Below, in pieces: positions 28,373 through 37,692 of a DNA stretch of 63,608 nucleotides (within the stretch, counting starts at the first letter, position 1; every line of letters begins with the position of its first letter). Source of the DNA: Candidatus Nomurabacteria bacterium (GTDB lineage: Bacteria; Patescibacteriota; Minisyncoccia; Phycocordibacterales; UBA9973); assembly GCA_026395995.1 (NCBI GenBank), contig JAPLXQ010000004.1:1-63608 (forward strand), given 5' to 3'. The notes under the pieces are model-generated. The model did not search any database. It saw only the letters and a list, made by a program, of their open reading frames with translations, and had not been told where the DNA came from. The translations under genes and the position numbers were made by a program.

Positions 28373-28458
28373 GCACTTTTCAAATAAAGCTGTGGATAAC
28401 TTTTTTATAACAAAAAAGCCTTATTTTATAAGACTTTTAAAGCTTGTTATTTTAACAA

Positions 28459-28626
28459 TTAATCAGATCCTAGTTTAAAACTAATGCATATTCCCAATAT
28501 TGCGCCTAGAGAACTAAAAATAATGGAGGAAAAAGAAAAGGCGTCTGCTCCCCACAAAGTGGGTATATATCCCCCAAGTGTGGAGCCTATTATAGTACCT
28601 ATAAAGATTAAAGATTTAGAATTCAC
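28459..28626 (-). CDS. Possible 55-aa small hydrophobic protein (GTG start)
   Basis: Hand translation gives VNSKSLIFIGTIIGSTLGGYIPTLWGADAFSFSSIIFSSLGAILGICISFKLGSD, which reads as two Gly-zipper-like helices. It is below the ORF-track length cutoff and the start is uncertain. Confidence 0.3.
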   Translation of the reverse strand: MNSKSLIFIGTIIGSTLGGYIPTLWGADAFSFSSIIFSSLGAILGICISFKLGSD

Positions 28627-28734
28627 CTTTAAATAATAACATAATCTATATAAATAAACCTTAATTGACTTTTTACCATGTGAATGCTAATATAAATTTT
28701 AGATAAATTGAACATAAAATATTAAAGACAGAAC

Positions 28735-29028
28735 ATGGAAAACATTTTAGAAGTAGATGGATTAGCTTCATTGAAAGGGAAAACGCTTAATTTTACAAAA
28801 TTAAGCAGCAGTATTAATCATGCAGAAAATGCAGAAATTTTATACAAAAAAGACAAAGTAACAATTTCTAAATCAACGATACATCAAAATATGTATCATA
28901 TCACGAAAGAAAAAGGCGCAGTAAGAAATATTCCTAAAAATTTGGATGTAAAAATAGGCGGAATAGCCCTAGATAAACTTTCAAAAGAGACCTTTCATGG
29001 CGTGCTTCATCTTGATTTAAAATCTTAA
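28735..29028 (+). CDS. Hypothetical protein
   Basis: 97-aa ORF followed by a clean intrinsic terminator. No recognisable motif. Confidence 0.4.
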   Translation: MENILEVDGLASLKGKTLNFTKLSSSINHAENAEILYKKDKVTISKSTIHQNMYHITKEKGAVRNIPKNLDVKIGGIALDKLSKETFHGVLHLDLKS

Positions 29029-29055
29029 AATTATTTAAGATGTAACCCTATATGA

Positions 29056-29079
29056 CCTCGGATTTATCCGAGGTTTTTT
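29056..29079 (+). terminator. Intrinsic terminator
   Basis: cctcgga-ttta-tccgagg followed by TTTTTT. It overlaps the stop of the convergent malic enzyme gene. Confidence 0.75.
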
Positions 29080-30217
29080 ATTTTATAGCTTTAGCTACAG
29101 TAATTGCTACATTTTTATCAAAAATACTTGGAATTATTTTATCTACAGTTGGATTTTTTACTAATTTTGCAAGAGCAATAGAAGCTTTCACTAGCATTGC
29201 ATCTGTAATGTTTATCACCTCATGATCTAAGGCTCCACGAAAAATTCCAGGAAAACCAAGTGCGTTATTTAATTGATTTGGAAAATCAGACCTACCTGTA
29301 GCCACAATAAATGCTCCAGCGGACTTTGCTATATCTGGCATTATTTCCGGCACTGGATTGGCTAAAGCAAAAATAATAGGCTTCTTATTCATCGTCTTTA
29401 TCATTTCACTAGTCAATACTCCCCCTTTCGAAACACCAATAAAAACATCAAAATCTTTTATAGCCTCTAAGAGCTCTCCTTTTATTTTTTGCTTGTTGGT
29501 TTTTTTAGATAAAATTATTTTTTCTTCATTTAAATTTTCTCTTCCTTCATAAATAGCTCCATGGCTATCAAGAATAATCATCTCTTTAAAACCATATTCA
29601 AGTAACATTTTTGCAATAGCCACCCCCGCTGCACCTGCACCATTTATCAAAATTTTTACATTTTCTTTTTTATTTCCACGAACTTTTAAAGCATTTATAA
29701 GACCAGACAATACTACCATAGCAGTACCATGCTGATCATCATGCATTATTGGAATATTTAATTCTTTCTTTAATCTTTCTTCAATCTCAAAACATCGAGG
29801 TGCCGAAATGTCTTCTAAATTTATTGCACCAAAAGATGGAGCGATAGCCTTTATTGCTTGAATAATTTCTTCTGTATTTTGGGTCGACAGAACAATCGGG
29901 AAAGCATCTACTCCAGCAAAACTTTTAAAAATAGCTGCCTTACCTTCCATCACAGGCAAAGCACCTTCAGGGCCAATATTGCCGAGCCCGAGTACCGCTG
30001 AACCGTCTGATATTACAGCCACCATATTACCCCTAGATGTATAATTATTTGTCTCTTTTTTATTATTTGCTAAATAAGTAGAGACAGCTCCGACACCAGG
30101 AGTATAAACTAAAGATAAATCTTCTTTTGTTTTTAGTTTAAATTTAGAAATTACCTCTATTTTTCCACGAAGTTTTTTATGAAGTTTTAAAGACTCTTTT
30201 GAAATATTGTTTTTCAT
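29078..30217 (-). CDS. NAD(P)-dependent malic enzyme (short form)
   Basis: 379 aa with VYTPGVG, AVISDGSAVLGLGNIG, a GAGAAGVA Rossmann motif and ALANPVPEI. Confidence 0.88.
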   Translation of the reverse strand: MKNNISKESLKLHKKLRGKIEVISKFKLKTKEDLSLVYTPGVGAVSTYLANNKKETNNYTSRGNMVAVISDGSAVLGLGNIGPEGALPVMEGKAAIFKSFAGVDAFPIVLSTQNTEEIIQAIKAIAPSFGAINLEDISAPRCFEIEERLKKELNIPIMHDDQHGTAMVVLSGLINALKVRGNKKENVKILINGAGAAGVAIAKMLLEYGFKEMIILDSHGAIYEGRENLNEEKIILSKKTNKQKIKGELLEAIKDFDVFIGVSKGGVLTSEMIKTMNKKPIIFALANPVPEIMPDIAKSAGAFIVATGRSDFPNQLNNALGFPGIFRGALDHEVINITDAMLVKASIALAKLVKNPTVDKIIPSIFDKNVAITVAKAIK

Positions 30218-30226
30218 ATTCTGTTT

Positions 30227-30442
30227 TTATGCGAGTTTCTTCAAATCTTCTTGATATTTTTGCATTACTTGCATAGAAGCAGTTTGTTGATCCATACCAC
30301 TTTTTATCTTAGCCTGCACTTCTTCGGCAATTTTTTTAAAAAGATCTGGATCTTTTTCCATCATTTTTAAAACCATATCTATTTGAGCCTCAGGAACACC
30401 TTGAGCTTTTAACATTTTCTTTAATAATATATTTTTAAACAT
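30227..30442 (-). CDS. Small helical hypothetical protein
   Basis: 71-aa Lys/Glu/Met-rich ORF, 9 nt upstream of the malic enzyme gene. Confidence 0.4.
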   Translation of the reverse strand: MFKNILLKKMLKAQGVPEAQIDMVLKMMEKDPDLFKKIAEEVQAKIKSGMDQQTASMQVMQKYQEDLKKLA

Positions 30443-30591
30443 AGGACTATATTATCATACTTTTGGTTAAATAAAAAATTTATTTAACCCTTGTAAAATA
30501 AGGCTATTTAAAATTTTGTAAGATATTGACTTTTCGTCCGTCATAATATGTAGATAGCACAAATAAGTAATAAATATAAAAAACAAAAAAC

Positions 30592-30756
30592 ATGCAAATT
30601 AGCCAACAAACAATTGAATTCGGATTACACATTTTTTATGTAGTAGCATCCATGATCGGAGTCGTAGCATTTTGTTACTTCACGGCCATTGCTCAAACTA
30701 ACAATTCTTTACGCAAAAGTTATAAAATTAACGATAAGCGTAAAAGGGTTCGATAG
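30592..30756 (+). CDS. Possible 54-aa single-TM protein
   Basis: Hand translation gives MQISQQTIEFGLHIFYVVASMIGVVAFCYFTAIAQTNNSLRKSYKINDKRKRVR, followed by an imperfect hairpin plus T-run at about 30770-30812. Confidence 0.3.
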   Translation: MQISQQTIEFGLHIFYVVASMIGVVAFCYFTAIAQTNNSLRKSYKINDKRKRVR

Positions 30757-30861
30757 AGCAAACAAATTAACCCAAATCTTTATAAGATGCGGGTTTCTTT
30801 TTTTTAATTTTATTACATAGTATACTTAATGTAAGAAAATTTTAACTGAAACGTCATATAT

Positions 30862-31383
30862 ATGGAAGCAAAAAATGAAAACTTAAAAGAATCTTTTTCT
30901 AAAGCATATGATAATTTTTCTGATGCAATATTTAGATATTGTTTGTACCAAACATCCAACAAAGAAAAAGCACTAGATCTGACAGCTGATACATTTACCA
31001 AAACTTGGGAGTATATTTCTTCTGGAAAAGAATTGGATAATATTCGTGCTTTTCTTTATAGAGTAGCCAATAATTTGATTATTGACGACCGTCGTAAAAA
31101 GAAATCCGATTCCTTGGATGCGATGACAGAATTTGGTTTTGATGTAAAAGATGAGAACGATGAAAATAAGGGACATGAGAATGCTTTTGAAGGAAAAATA
31201 GCCATGGAAGCAGTAGCCCAATTGGATGAAAAATACCGTGATGTCCTAATGCTCAAGTATGTAGATGATATGTCCATAAAAGAAATAGCCAAAATCTTAG
31301 ATGAAACTGAAAATAACATATCAGTAAGAATGCACAGGGCTTTAGAAAAATTAAAAAATATTTTAGGAGAAAATAAGATTTAA
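30862..31383 (+). CDS. ECF-type RNA polymerase sigma factor
   Basis: 173 aa with region 2 (FRYCLYQTSNKEKALDLTADTF) and region 4 (MSIKEIAKILDETENNISVRMHRALEKLK). Confidence 0.85.
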   Translation: MEAKNENLKESFSKAYDNFSDAIFRYCLYQTSNKEKALDLTADTFTKTWEYISSGKELDNIRAFLYRVANNLIIDDRRKKKSDSLDAMTEFGFDVKDENDENKGHENAFEGKIAMEAVAQLDEKYRDVLMLKYVDDMSIKEIAKILDETENNISVRMHRALEKLKNILGENKI

Positions 31384-31389
31384 AAATAT

Positions 31390-31941
31390 ATGGAAGATAA
31401 TTTCAACAATTTAATAAGCCAAATCAAAGAGGAAAAATTGACCTCAGTTGAGAAAGCTATTTTAAAGCACAAGGTGATGTCTTTTGTGAATAGTAATCCT
31501 GTTCAAATACCAAAAGTGAAGTCTTCAGCAAGTACTTCATTATCTCATTCTTTATTATATATTTTTAAATTAATAGCACTAACTTTAATTTTAATTGCTA
31601 CAGCAAATTCTATTTCAAATACATTAAATTCATCAATTAAACAGGACACTGGATATATCATAAATATGCCAACAAAAACAAAACCTTTAGAAACACAAAA
31701 CAATACAACAGTAGAAAACCCAGTCTTAATAAATCCTGATACAACAAAACCAATTGAAGAAACAACTAAACCTATAATACCAATAGATACAAAAAGTATT
31801 CCAGATTATTCATCAATCAATTCAAAATCATCTCCTGCAGATTTGACTCCAGCTGAGCTCATTCGTCTACGTAAAATCCAGATAGATAAAATGGCTCCGC
31901 TTACTAATACCAACCAAAATACCAGCCCCCAGACTCCATAA
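31390..31941 (+). CDS. Putative anti-sigma factor (single-pass membrane protein)
   Basis: It starts 7 nt after the sigma gene and has one TM (LLYIFKLIALTLILIATA). Its last ~45 codons overlap the convergent LTD gene and may not be translated. Confidence 0.45.
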   Translation: MEDNFNNLISQIKEEKLTSVEKAILKHKVMSFVNSNPVQIPKVKSSASTSLSHSLLYIFKLIALTLILIATANSISNTLNSSIKQDTGYIINMPTKTKPLETQNNTTVENPVLINPDTTKPIEETTKPIIPIDTKSIPDYSSINSKSSPADLTPAELIRLRKIQIDKMAPLTNTNQNTSPQTP

Positions 31942-33293
31942 GACTCGTTTGAATTAATAGCTGAGGCTGACAAATCAGCATCTATAATCTGAAAATCATT
32001 TTTATTTAAACTATCATCTACTTTATTTTCAATTGTTTTTACTATATTGTTTGTAGTTTGACTTACTGTTTTGATTATTGGTTTTACTGCAGGTAAAGCA
32101 TTATAATCAAAAACAACTTCATTCGTCGGTGATAATAATTTCAAATTACTTTTGTCGTCAACGGTAAAACCTGTGATTCTAGAAGATATCTTCATTTTCT
32201 TTTTTACTGGAATAATTGTATTTTTAGGAAAATAAAAATTTCTAATTCCATTCGAAATCGACCAAGCAGAAATATCGGCATCCAAATCAGAATTGTTTGT
32301 CAATTCTATAAAGAAGTCTTTTTCATCTCCTACAGCTGATATTGTCACAGCGGTTAAGGCTATTTTTATATTTATTTTATCTATCGCATCTGGAGTGTCA
32401 GCAAAAAAATTTGGATAATGTTCCAAAATAACAGTATAATCTCCAGGGTAAAAATAAGTATGTGTAAATTTTTCATTATTCGTCACCAACATCTCCCTGG
32501 AATCTCCATCACCAAAATTCCACAAATATCTACCAGAAAAAATGTTTTGGCTATTAGAAAAAGACGTTTCACCTTTGAAATTAATCGGAATATTTATAAA
32601 AGAATTATTTCTTGCAGTAATTTTTGTTTTAATAGTAATTATTTCTGGTATTTTAGGTTTTGTCGTTGTTTTTTCAGGGGTAGATCCACTACCGCCACCA
32701 CTAGTATTTCCACCTGAAGTATCACCTCCTGTATTATTTCCATTAGTATCACCACCAGTATTTTGATTTCCACCAGCATCACAAGAAACATTGGCTAGTC
32801 CTGGAGTAGGAAGAGCTGCACACCAAGATCCGTTTAATTGTAAAGAATTTCCATCATTATCGGCTCCTTGAGCAGAACTATAGCTATAACTAGCTATGAG
32901 AACTCTCGGATCACTTCCGTCCCAAATTTTTACATTTCCAGAATTGTCTAATGTCATACTAGTATCAGCCACCAAAGAAACATTTGGATATTCTATATTG
33001 AAAGTATTTTTATCATTCGTAATGATTGCATAACCATCGGCAGGTATTTCTAGAGAATCATTTATATAATGCAAAGAAGTACTACCGTCATCAAAACGCC
33101 AATCTGTACTAGCGTGCCCAGACAAAACATTTACTGTCTCGGTACCATTATTATGAAGCTCAACCCACTCTCTATTTGTATCTGTACCAGCAGGGTTGTA
33201 CATAATTTCACTGATCACAATATCTGCATATGCAAAATGAAAACTAGATAAAAAGATAATACTAAATAAAACCAAAACTTGTTTTTTAGACAT
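31806..33293 (-). CDS. Lamin-tail-domain (LTD) and PKD-like surface protein with C-terminal TM anchor
   Basis: Signal peptide, LTD signature IVISEIMYNPAGTDTNREWVELHNNG, a Gly/Thr/Asn linker, PKD-like WNFGDGDS and a C-terminal TM GLVFWLVLVSGAILSIWIL. Confidence 0.75.
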   Translation of the reverse strand: MSKKQVLVLFSIIFLSSFHFAYADIVISEIMYNPAGTDTNREWVELHNNGTETVNVLSGHASTDWRFDDGSTSLHYINDSLEIPADGYAIITNDKNTFNIEYPNVSLVADTSMTLDNSGNVKIWDGSDPRVLIASYSYSSAQGADNDGNSLQLNGSWCAALPTPGLANVSCDAGGNQNTGGDTNGNNTGGDTSGGNTSGGGSGSTPEKTTTKPKIPEIITIKTKITARNNSFINIPINFKGETSFSNSQNIFSGRYLWNFGDGDSREMLVTNNEKFTHTYFYPGDYTVILEHYPNFFADTPDAIDKINIKIALTAVTISAVGDEKDFFIELTNNSDLDADISAWSISNGIRNFYFPKNTIIPVKKKMKISSRITGFTVDDKSNLKLLSPTNEVVFDYNALPAVKPIIKTVSQTTNNIVKTIENKVDDSLNKNDFQIIDADLSASAINSNESYGVWGLVFWLVLVSGAILSIWILRRRMSSAGVKSAGDDFELIDE

Positions 33294-33341
33294 AATTAAG
33301 TTTGTTTTAAATATTAATTGATATGTTATAATTATATCAAT

Positions 33342-34346
33342 ATGATAGAAAACAACAAAATTGAATTTTTAGCAATTGGGGATATCGTAATCGATGCTTT
33401 TATCAAGCTAAATGACGCCCATGAACACAAGGGTTTAGACGGAGAACAAAGTGATGAGCTATGTCTACGCTTTGGAGACAAGGTCCCCTATGAATCCGTA
33501 GATGTCCTCTATGCTGTAGGAAATAGTCCAAACGCTGCTGTATCTGCTTCAAGGCTTGGTCTGCGTACCGCCCTTTTATCTACTATTGGTGATGACAGAA
33601 ATGGTCAAGAATGTTTAGAATCTCTAAAAAAAGACAATATAATAACAGACTATATAAAAACTGATGCTGGTAAAAAAACAAACTACCACTATGTACTTTG
33701 GTATAAAATAGAGAGAACTATTTTAATTAAACATGAAGCATTTAATTATCACTTACCTAGTATACCAGAAATTGGTTGGATTTATTTATCTTCAATGGCC
33801 GAAAATTCTCTACCCTACCATGCCGAAATTATAGAATTCTTAAAGAATCACCCTGAAACAAAACTAGCTTTTCAACCAGGAACATTTCAAATGAAGCTAG
33901 GTACTGAAAAATTAAAAGACGTTTACGCTCGTACAGAAATATTTTTCTGTAATTTAGAAGAGGCGGAAAGAATTTTAAATATCCAAAATAAAGATATTAA
34001 AGTACTAGTAAAAGGTATCCACGACTTAGGACCAAAAATCGTAGCTATAAGTGATGGACCAAATGGGGCTTATGCATCAGATGGTACAGATATTTATTTT
34101 GTTCCAATGTACAACGATGGTAATCCTCCCTTTGAAAGAACAGGGGCTGGTGATGCTTTTTCTTCTACATTTACAGTAGCAATAGCACAAGGTAAAACTA
34201 TCCAAGAAGCTTTGTCTTGGGGACCTATTAATTCTATGAGTGTTGTAAAATATGTCGGTGCACAAAAAGGTTTGTTGGCGAAGGATAAATTAGAAGAATA
34301 TTTATCAAAAGCTCCAGAAACTTATAAAGTTCAAAAATTAGTATAA
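33342..34346 (+). CDS. PfkB-family carbohydrate kinase
   Basis: FLAIGDIVIDAF at the N-terminus and RTGAGDAFSSTF (anion hole/catalytic Asp) near the C-terminus. The start is taken at MIENNKIEF. Confidence 0.82.
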   Translation: MIENNKIEFLAIGDIVIDAFIKLNDAHEHKGLDGEQSDELCLRFGDKVPYESVDVLYAVGNSPNAAVSASRLGLRTALLSTIGDDRNGQECLESLKKDNIITDYIKTDAGKKTNYHYVLWYKIERTILIKHEAFNYHLPSIPEIGWIYLSSMAENSLPYHAEIIEFLKNHPETKLAFQPGTFQMKLGTEKLKDVYARTEIFFCNLEEAERILNIQNKDIKVLVKGIHDLGPKIVAISDGPNGAYASDGTDIYFVPMYNDGNPPFERTGAGDAFSSTFTVAIAQGKTIQEALSWGPINSMSVVKYVGAQKGLLAKDKLEEYLSKAPETYKVQKLV

Positions 34347-34353
34347 TAAATAT

Positions 34354-35088
34354 ATGGAAAAAAATACCTTTTTTGATAGCAAAGAAATAAAAGAAGAAGT
34401 ACAGAACAAGCAAATTGAATCTGATTTAAAAAACAAATCAAAATATTTAGATATACTTTATGATTTAAAAATAAAAGAAGTTAATTTAAAAGAAAAATTA
34501 AATGAACTAGAAAATGAAGAAAAATTCTTAAATGATGAAAAAATTAAAAAACAATTATTAGTAAATAAGCAAGAATTAGCCGATACTGAATTAGATTTAC
34601 TTAAAATAACTCAAAAAATAGCTAGGATATATAATGAAAATAAATTAGAACCATATACTTTTGACGAAATAGAAGCTAAAAAGTCTGAATTAGAAACAGA
34701 AAATATCATAAAGACTAAAAATATAGAATACATTAAAAATGGTACTGGTTTATATAAAGTAAAAGAAATTGTAAATAAGGAAATTACTTTTATTAAAGAT
34801 GAAATAAAAAATAAAGAGGTTGAAATATCTAATTTAGAACAAAAAAACAAAGAAATACAAAATAAAATAAAGGAAAATTCAGAAATATCTGAATTAGGAG
34901 AAATTAAAGACACAGATTTAGATGAGCTCTCAGAAGCAGAAAAAGATATTTATGCTGAAAATATTCATGAAATAAATAATTTAAATAATTTAAGAAAAAA
35001 ATTATCTGCAGATTATAATTTAAATATTATAAAAATAAGAAATTTAAAATCTGAAATAGAAAGACTGGAAAATACTATTAATCAGTAA
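34354..35088 (+). CDS. Lys/Glu/Asn-rich coiled-coil protein
   Basis: 244 aa, heptad-like and low-complexity throughout, with no enzymatic motif. Confidence 0.45.
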   Translation: MEKNTFFDSKEIKEEVQNKQIESDLKNKSKYLDILYDLKIKEVNLKEKLNELENEEKFLNDEKIKKQLLVNKQELADTELDLLKITQKIARIYNENKLEPYTFDEIEAKKSELETENIIKTKNIEYIKNGTGLYKVKEIVNKEITFIKDEIKNKEVEISNLEQKNKEIQNKIKENSEISELGEIKDTDLDELSEAEKDIYAENIHEINNLNNLRKKLSADYNLNIIKIRNLKSEIERLENTINQ

Positions 35089-36087
35089 TTAGATTTTTCT
35101 TTTTAATACTTTCTTCACTGCTTCCTTAATAGCATTTTTACCCATACCATAATGTTCTATGAGTTCATCAGGAGTTCCTGATTGACCGAATTTATCATTT
35201 ACGCCTATGAATTCTATCGGTACAGGAAAATTTTGCGCGAGCACTTCTGCGACAGCAGAACCCATTCCTCCAGCTATTTGATGTTCTTCGACTGTGACTA
35301 TTGCACGACACTCTTTTGCAAGAGCTACTAATGAATTCACATCCATTGGTTTAATACTGACCATATTCATCACTTTTGTTTTTATACCTTCAGTTTCGAG
35401 TTCTTTTGCAACCATTATCGCGCGATACAAAAGTGCACCAGTTGCTATAATACCAACTTGTGCGAGACCCATATCAGGCATCCAATATATTTCTGACTTC
35501 CCTATTTTAAAAGGAGTTTCTTCTGTAGTAATTATAGGTGTTTTTTCACGAGCGAGACGTAAATATGTCGGTGTTTTTGTTTTAGCTATTTCAATAGTTG
35601 CGCGCTTTGCTTCGAGTGCATCACAAGGAGAAATCACATCAAGGTTTGGAATAACACGAGTAATAGCAATGTCTTCGATGGCTTGGTGTGTACCTCCATC
35701 TGGACCGACAGAAATACCAGCATGACTACCGATGATTTTCACAGGACGATCGTTATAACAAATACTTGTACGAATTGGTTCCCAATTTCTCCCCGGTGAA
35801 AACATCGAATATGAAGACATGAAAGGAATTTTACCCATTGCCGCCATACCACTAGATACTGTTGCTAGATTTTGTTCTGCTACACCGACTTGGACAAAAC
35901 GTTCTGGGAATTTTTCTTTAAATAAATGCATTTGTGTACTCTCAGTAAGATCAGCACAAAGAGCAACGACATTTTTATCTACCTCACCAGCAATCACTAA
36001 ACCTTGACCAAATCCTTTTCTAATAGGAACTTGTTCAACGTCTTCATTAAATATTTTTGTATTAAGTTTTAAATTTGGATTAAGCAT
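35089..36087 (-). CDS. tkt: Transketolase, C-terminal (pyrimidine-binding) subunit
   Basis: 332 aa with VGVAEQNLATVSSGMA and GPDGGTHQAIEDIA. Confidence 0.9.
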   Translation of the reverse strand: MLNPNLKLNTKIFNEDVEQVPIRKGFGQGLVIAGEVDKNVVALCADLTESTQMHLFKEKFPERFVQVGVAEQNLATVSSGMAAMGKIPFMSSYSMFSPGRNWEPIRTSICYNDRPVKIIGSHAGISVGPDGGTHQAIEDIAITRVIPNLDVISPCDALEAKRATIEIAKTKTPTYLRLAREKTPIITTEETPFKIGKSEIYWMPDMGLAQVGIIATGALLYRAIMVAKELETEGIKTKVMNMVSIKPMDVNSLVALAKECRAIVTVEEHQIAGGMGSAVAEVLAQNFPVPIEFIGVNDKFGQSGTPDELIEHYGMGKNAIKEAVKKVLKRKI

Positions 36088-36114
36088 AATTTTATTTATA
36101 GTGAGCTTGCCGAA

Positions 36115-37011
36115 CTATTGATGTTCGCTAACTATTTGTCCGACAAGTGTGCGAAGTTCAGCTAATGCTACGGCACCTTGTTCGGCTTTTTTAATTTTAT
36201 CTTCTGGGCCTGATCCAGGTGGATTTCCATGCCAACGATAATCTCTCTCAAATTCTTTTACTCCTTTTCCAGGAATTGTGTGTGCAATTATTACAGTCGG
36301 CTTTTCGTATATAGCCTGAGCTTGCTCTACGGCTTCATTTAAGGCTTGAAAGTCATGACCGGAAACTTCTATCACATGCCAATTAAAAGCTCGCCATTTG
36401 TCAGCTAGAGACTCCAAAGGCATCACGTCTTCTGTATATCCTTCGATTTGAATATTATTTCTATCTACAACAGCAATTAAATTCCTTAATTTATTTTTCC
36501 CTGCAAGCATTACTGATTCCCAGTTTGAGCCTTCATCGAGTTCTCCATCACCGAGAAAACAATAAACATATCTCTCTGTATTTGCTCCATTGTCCATCCT
36601 GTCTGCGAGAGCCATACCGACAGCTTGTCCGAGGCCGAGACCGAGTGGACCGGAAGAAGTTTCTACATATGGTAAATATTCACGATGTGGATGACCTTGT
36701 AAACGTGTACCGAATTTTCTTAAAGTTTTAAGTTCTTCCACTCCGAAATATCCTGCATGAGCCATGGTAGCATAAAGCACAGGACAGATGTGACCGTTTG
36801 AAAGAACTAATCTGTCACGTTCTGGCCATGTTGGATTCTTCGGATCATGTTTTAAAATATGAAAATAAAAAAGTGTAAAAACATCTGCCATGCCGAGTGG
36901 GCCTGCAGTGTGTCCTGACTTCGCTTCAATAAGCATTTCAATAATAGAGATACGAATATCATTCGCCTTTTTTTCTAAATCTAAAATTTTGGATTGGGTT
37001 AGAAAACTCAT
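36115..37011 (-). CDS. tkt: Transketolase, N-terminal (TPP-binding) subunit
   Basis: 298 aa with GHTAGPLGMADV, SNGH and GDGELDEGSNWE. Confidence 0.9.
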   Translation of the reverse strand: MSFLTQSKILDLEKKANDIRISIIEMLIEAKSGHTAGPLGMADVFTLFYFHILKHDPKNPTWPERDRLVLSNGHICPVLYATMAHAGYFGVEELKTLRKFGTRLQGHPHREYLPYVETSSGPLGLGLGQAVGMALADRMDNGANTERYVYCFLGDGELDEGSNWESVMLAGKNKLRNLIAVVDRNNIQIEGYTEDVMPLESLADKWRAFNWHVIEVSGHDFQALNEAVEQAQAIYEKPTVIIAHTIPGKGVKEFERDYRWHGNPPGSGPEDKIKKAEQGAVALAELRTLVGQIVSEHQ

Positions 37012-37082
37012 ACTTATATTATAACATATATGAAAAATTGGGAAATAAAAAAGGTCACCTTGCTATTGGTGACCAATTATAA

Positions 37083-37562
37083 TTAAAAAGAATTCAATAT
37101 TTTCTCTTCTTCTTTAGAAGTTAAAATAGGATTCTTACCTTCCTTTTGAAAGGAATCAAATTCTTTTTTAGACATATATTTTATATTCCATTTATGTTTT
37201 TTTATTAAACTTTCAAAAACTTCTACAGATTTATTTAACAACAAAGTATCTGTATTACTTTTCAACTTTGGTTTATTAAAAAACACACGTACTTCGTCAG
37301 TTTTATTTACTGGAATATAAATAAATAAAATAATTAAATATGATGGAGAAGTTGATGTTATATCACTGTACCATTCCATTTTAATGACGAAGTTATACCA
37401 AACCTTATTTTCAATTTTAAATATCGGAAATTGTCTACTCATACCTAATCCTCTAAAAGAGGGGTATTTGTGACTATTTACTTTTTTTATAATTGGCTCT
37501 AATAAATTTGATATATTATCAAAAAGTAAATTACTTACATTTTCTAGCGCATTTTTTTTCAT
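37083..37562 (-). CDS. Hypothetical protein
   Basis: 159-aa ORF with no recognisable motif. Confidence 0.35.
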   Translation of the reverse strand: MKKNALENVSNLLFDNISNLLEPIIKKVNSHKYPSFRGLGMSRQFPIFKIENKVWYNFVIKMEWYSDITSTSPSYLIILFIYIPVNKTDEVRVFFNKPKLKSNTDTLLLNKSVEVFESLIKKHKWNIKYMSKKEFDSFQKEGKNPILTSKEEEKILNSF

Positions 37563-37692
37563 CTGTATTAAGTTTTTTAGTTAAAAATTAGGAAAATTTA
37601 CGTCGTTTTAACCGATGAACTGGCGAACGAATCTAAATACAGTATAGCATATTATATGCCTGTTTGTCAATATGTATTTGAGCCTTTGTTTT

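Noticed and set aside
27411-28376. The 321-aa version of the pncA-like ORF starting at 28376
   Set aside because: The extra 39 N-terminal codons cover the predicted -35/-10 and both palindromic operators and add no conserved sequence. The internal Met (28259) immediately precedes the conserved IHLVVIDPQKDF core.
28391-28399. Replication origin, suggested by perfect DnaA boxes here and at 54464-54472
   Set aside because: There are only two isolated boxes, 26 kb apart. There is no box cluster, no AT-rich unwinding element arrangement and no dnaA/dnaN nearby.
35089-37011. Frameshifted or pseudogenised transketolase (two adjacent ORFs)
   Set aside because: A two-subunit transketolase (N-terminal TPP-binding and C-terminal pyrimidine-binding subunits as separate genes) is a well-known natural arrangement. 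Each ORF has its own start, and the first ends at a clean TAG.
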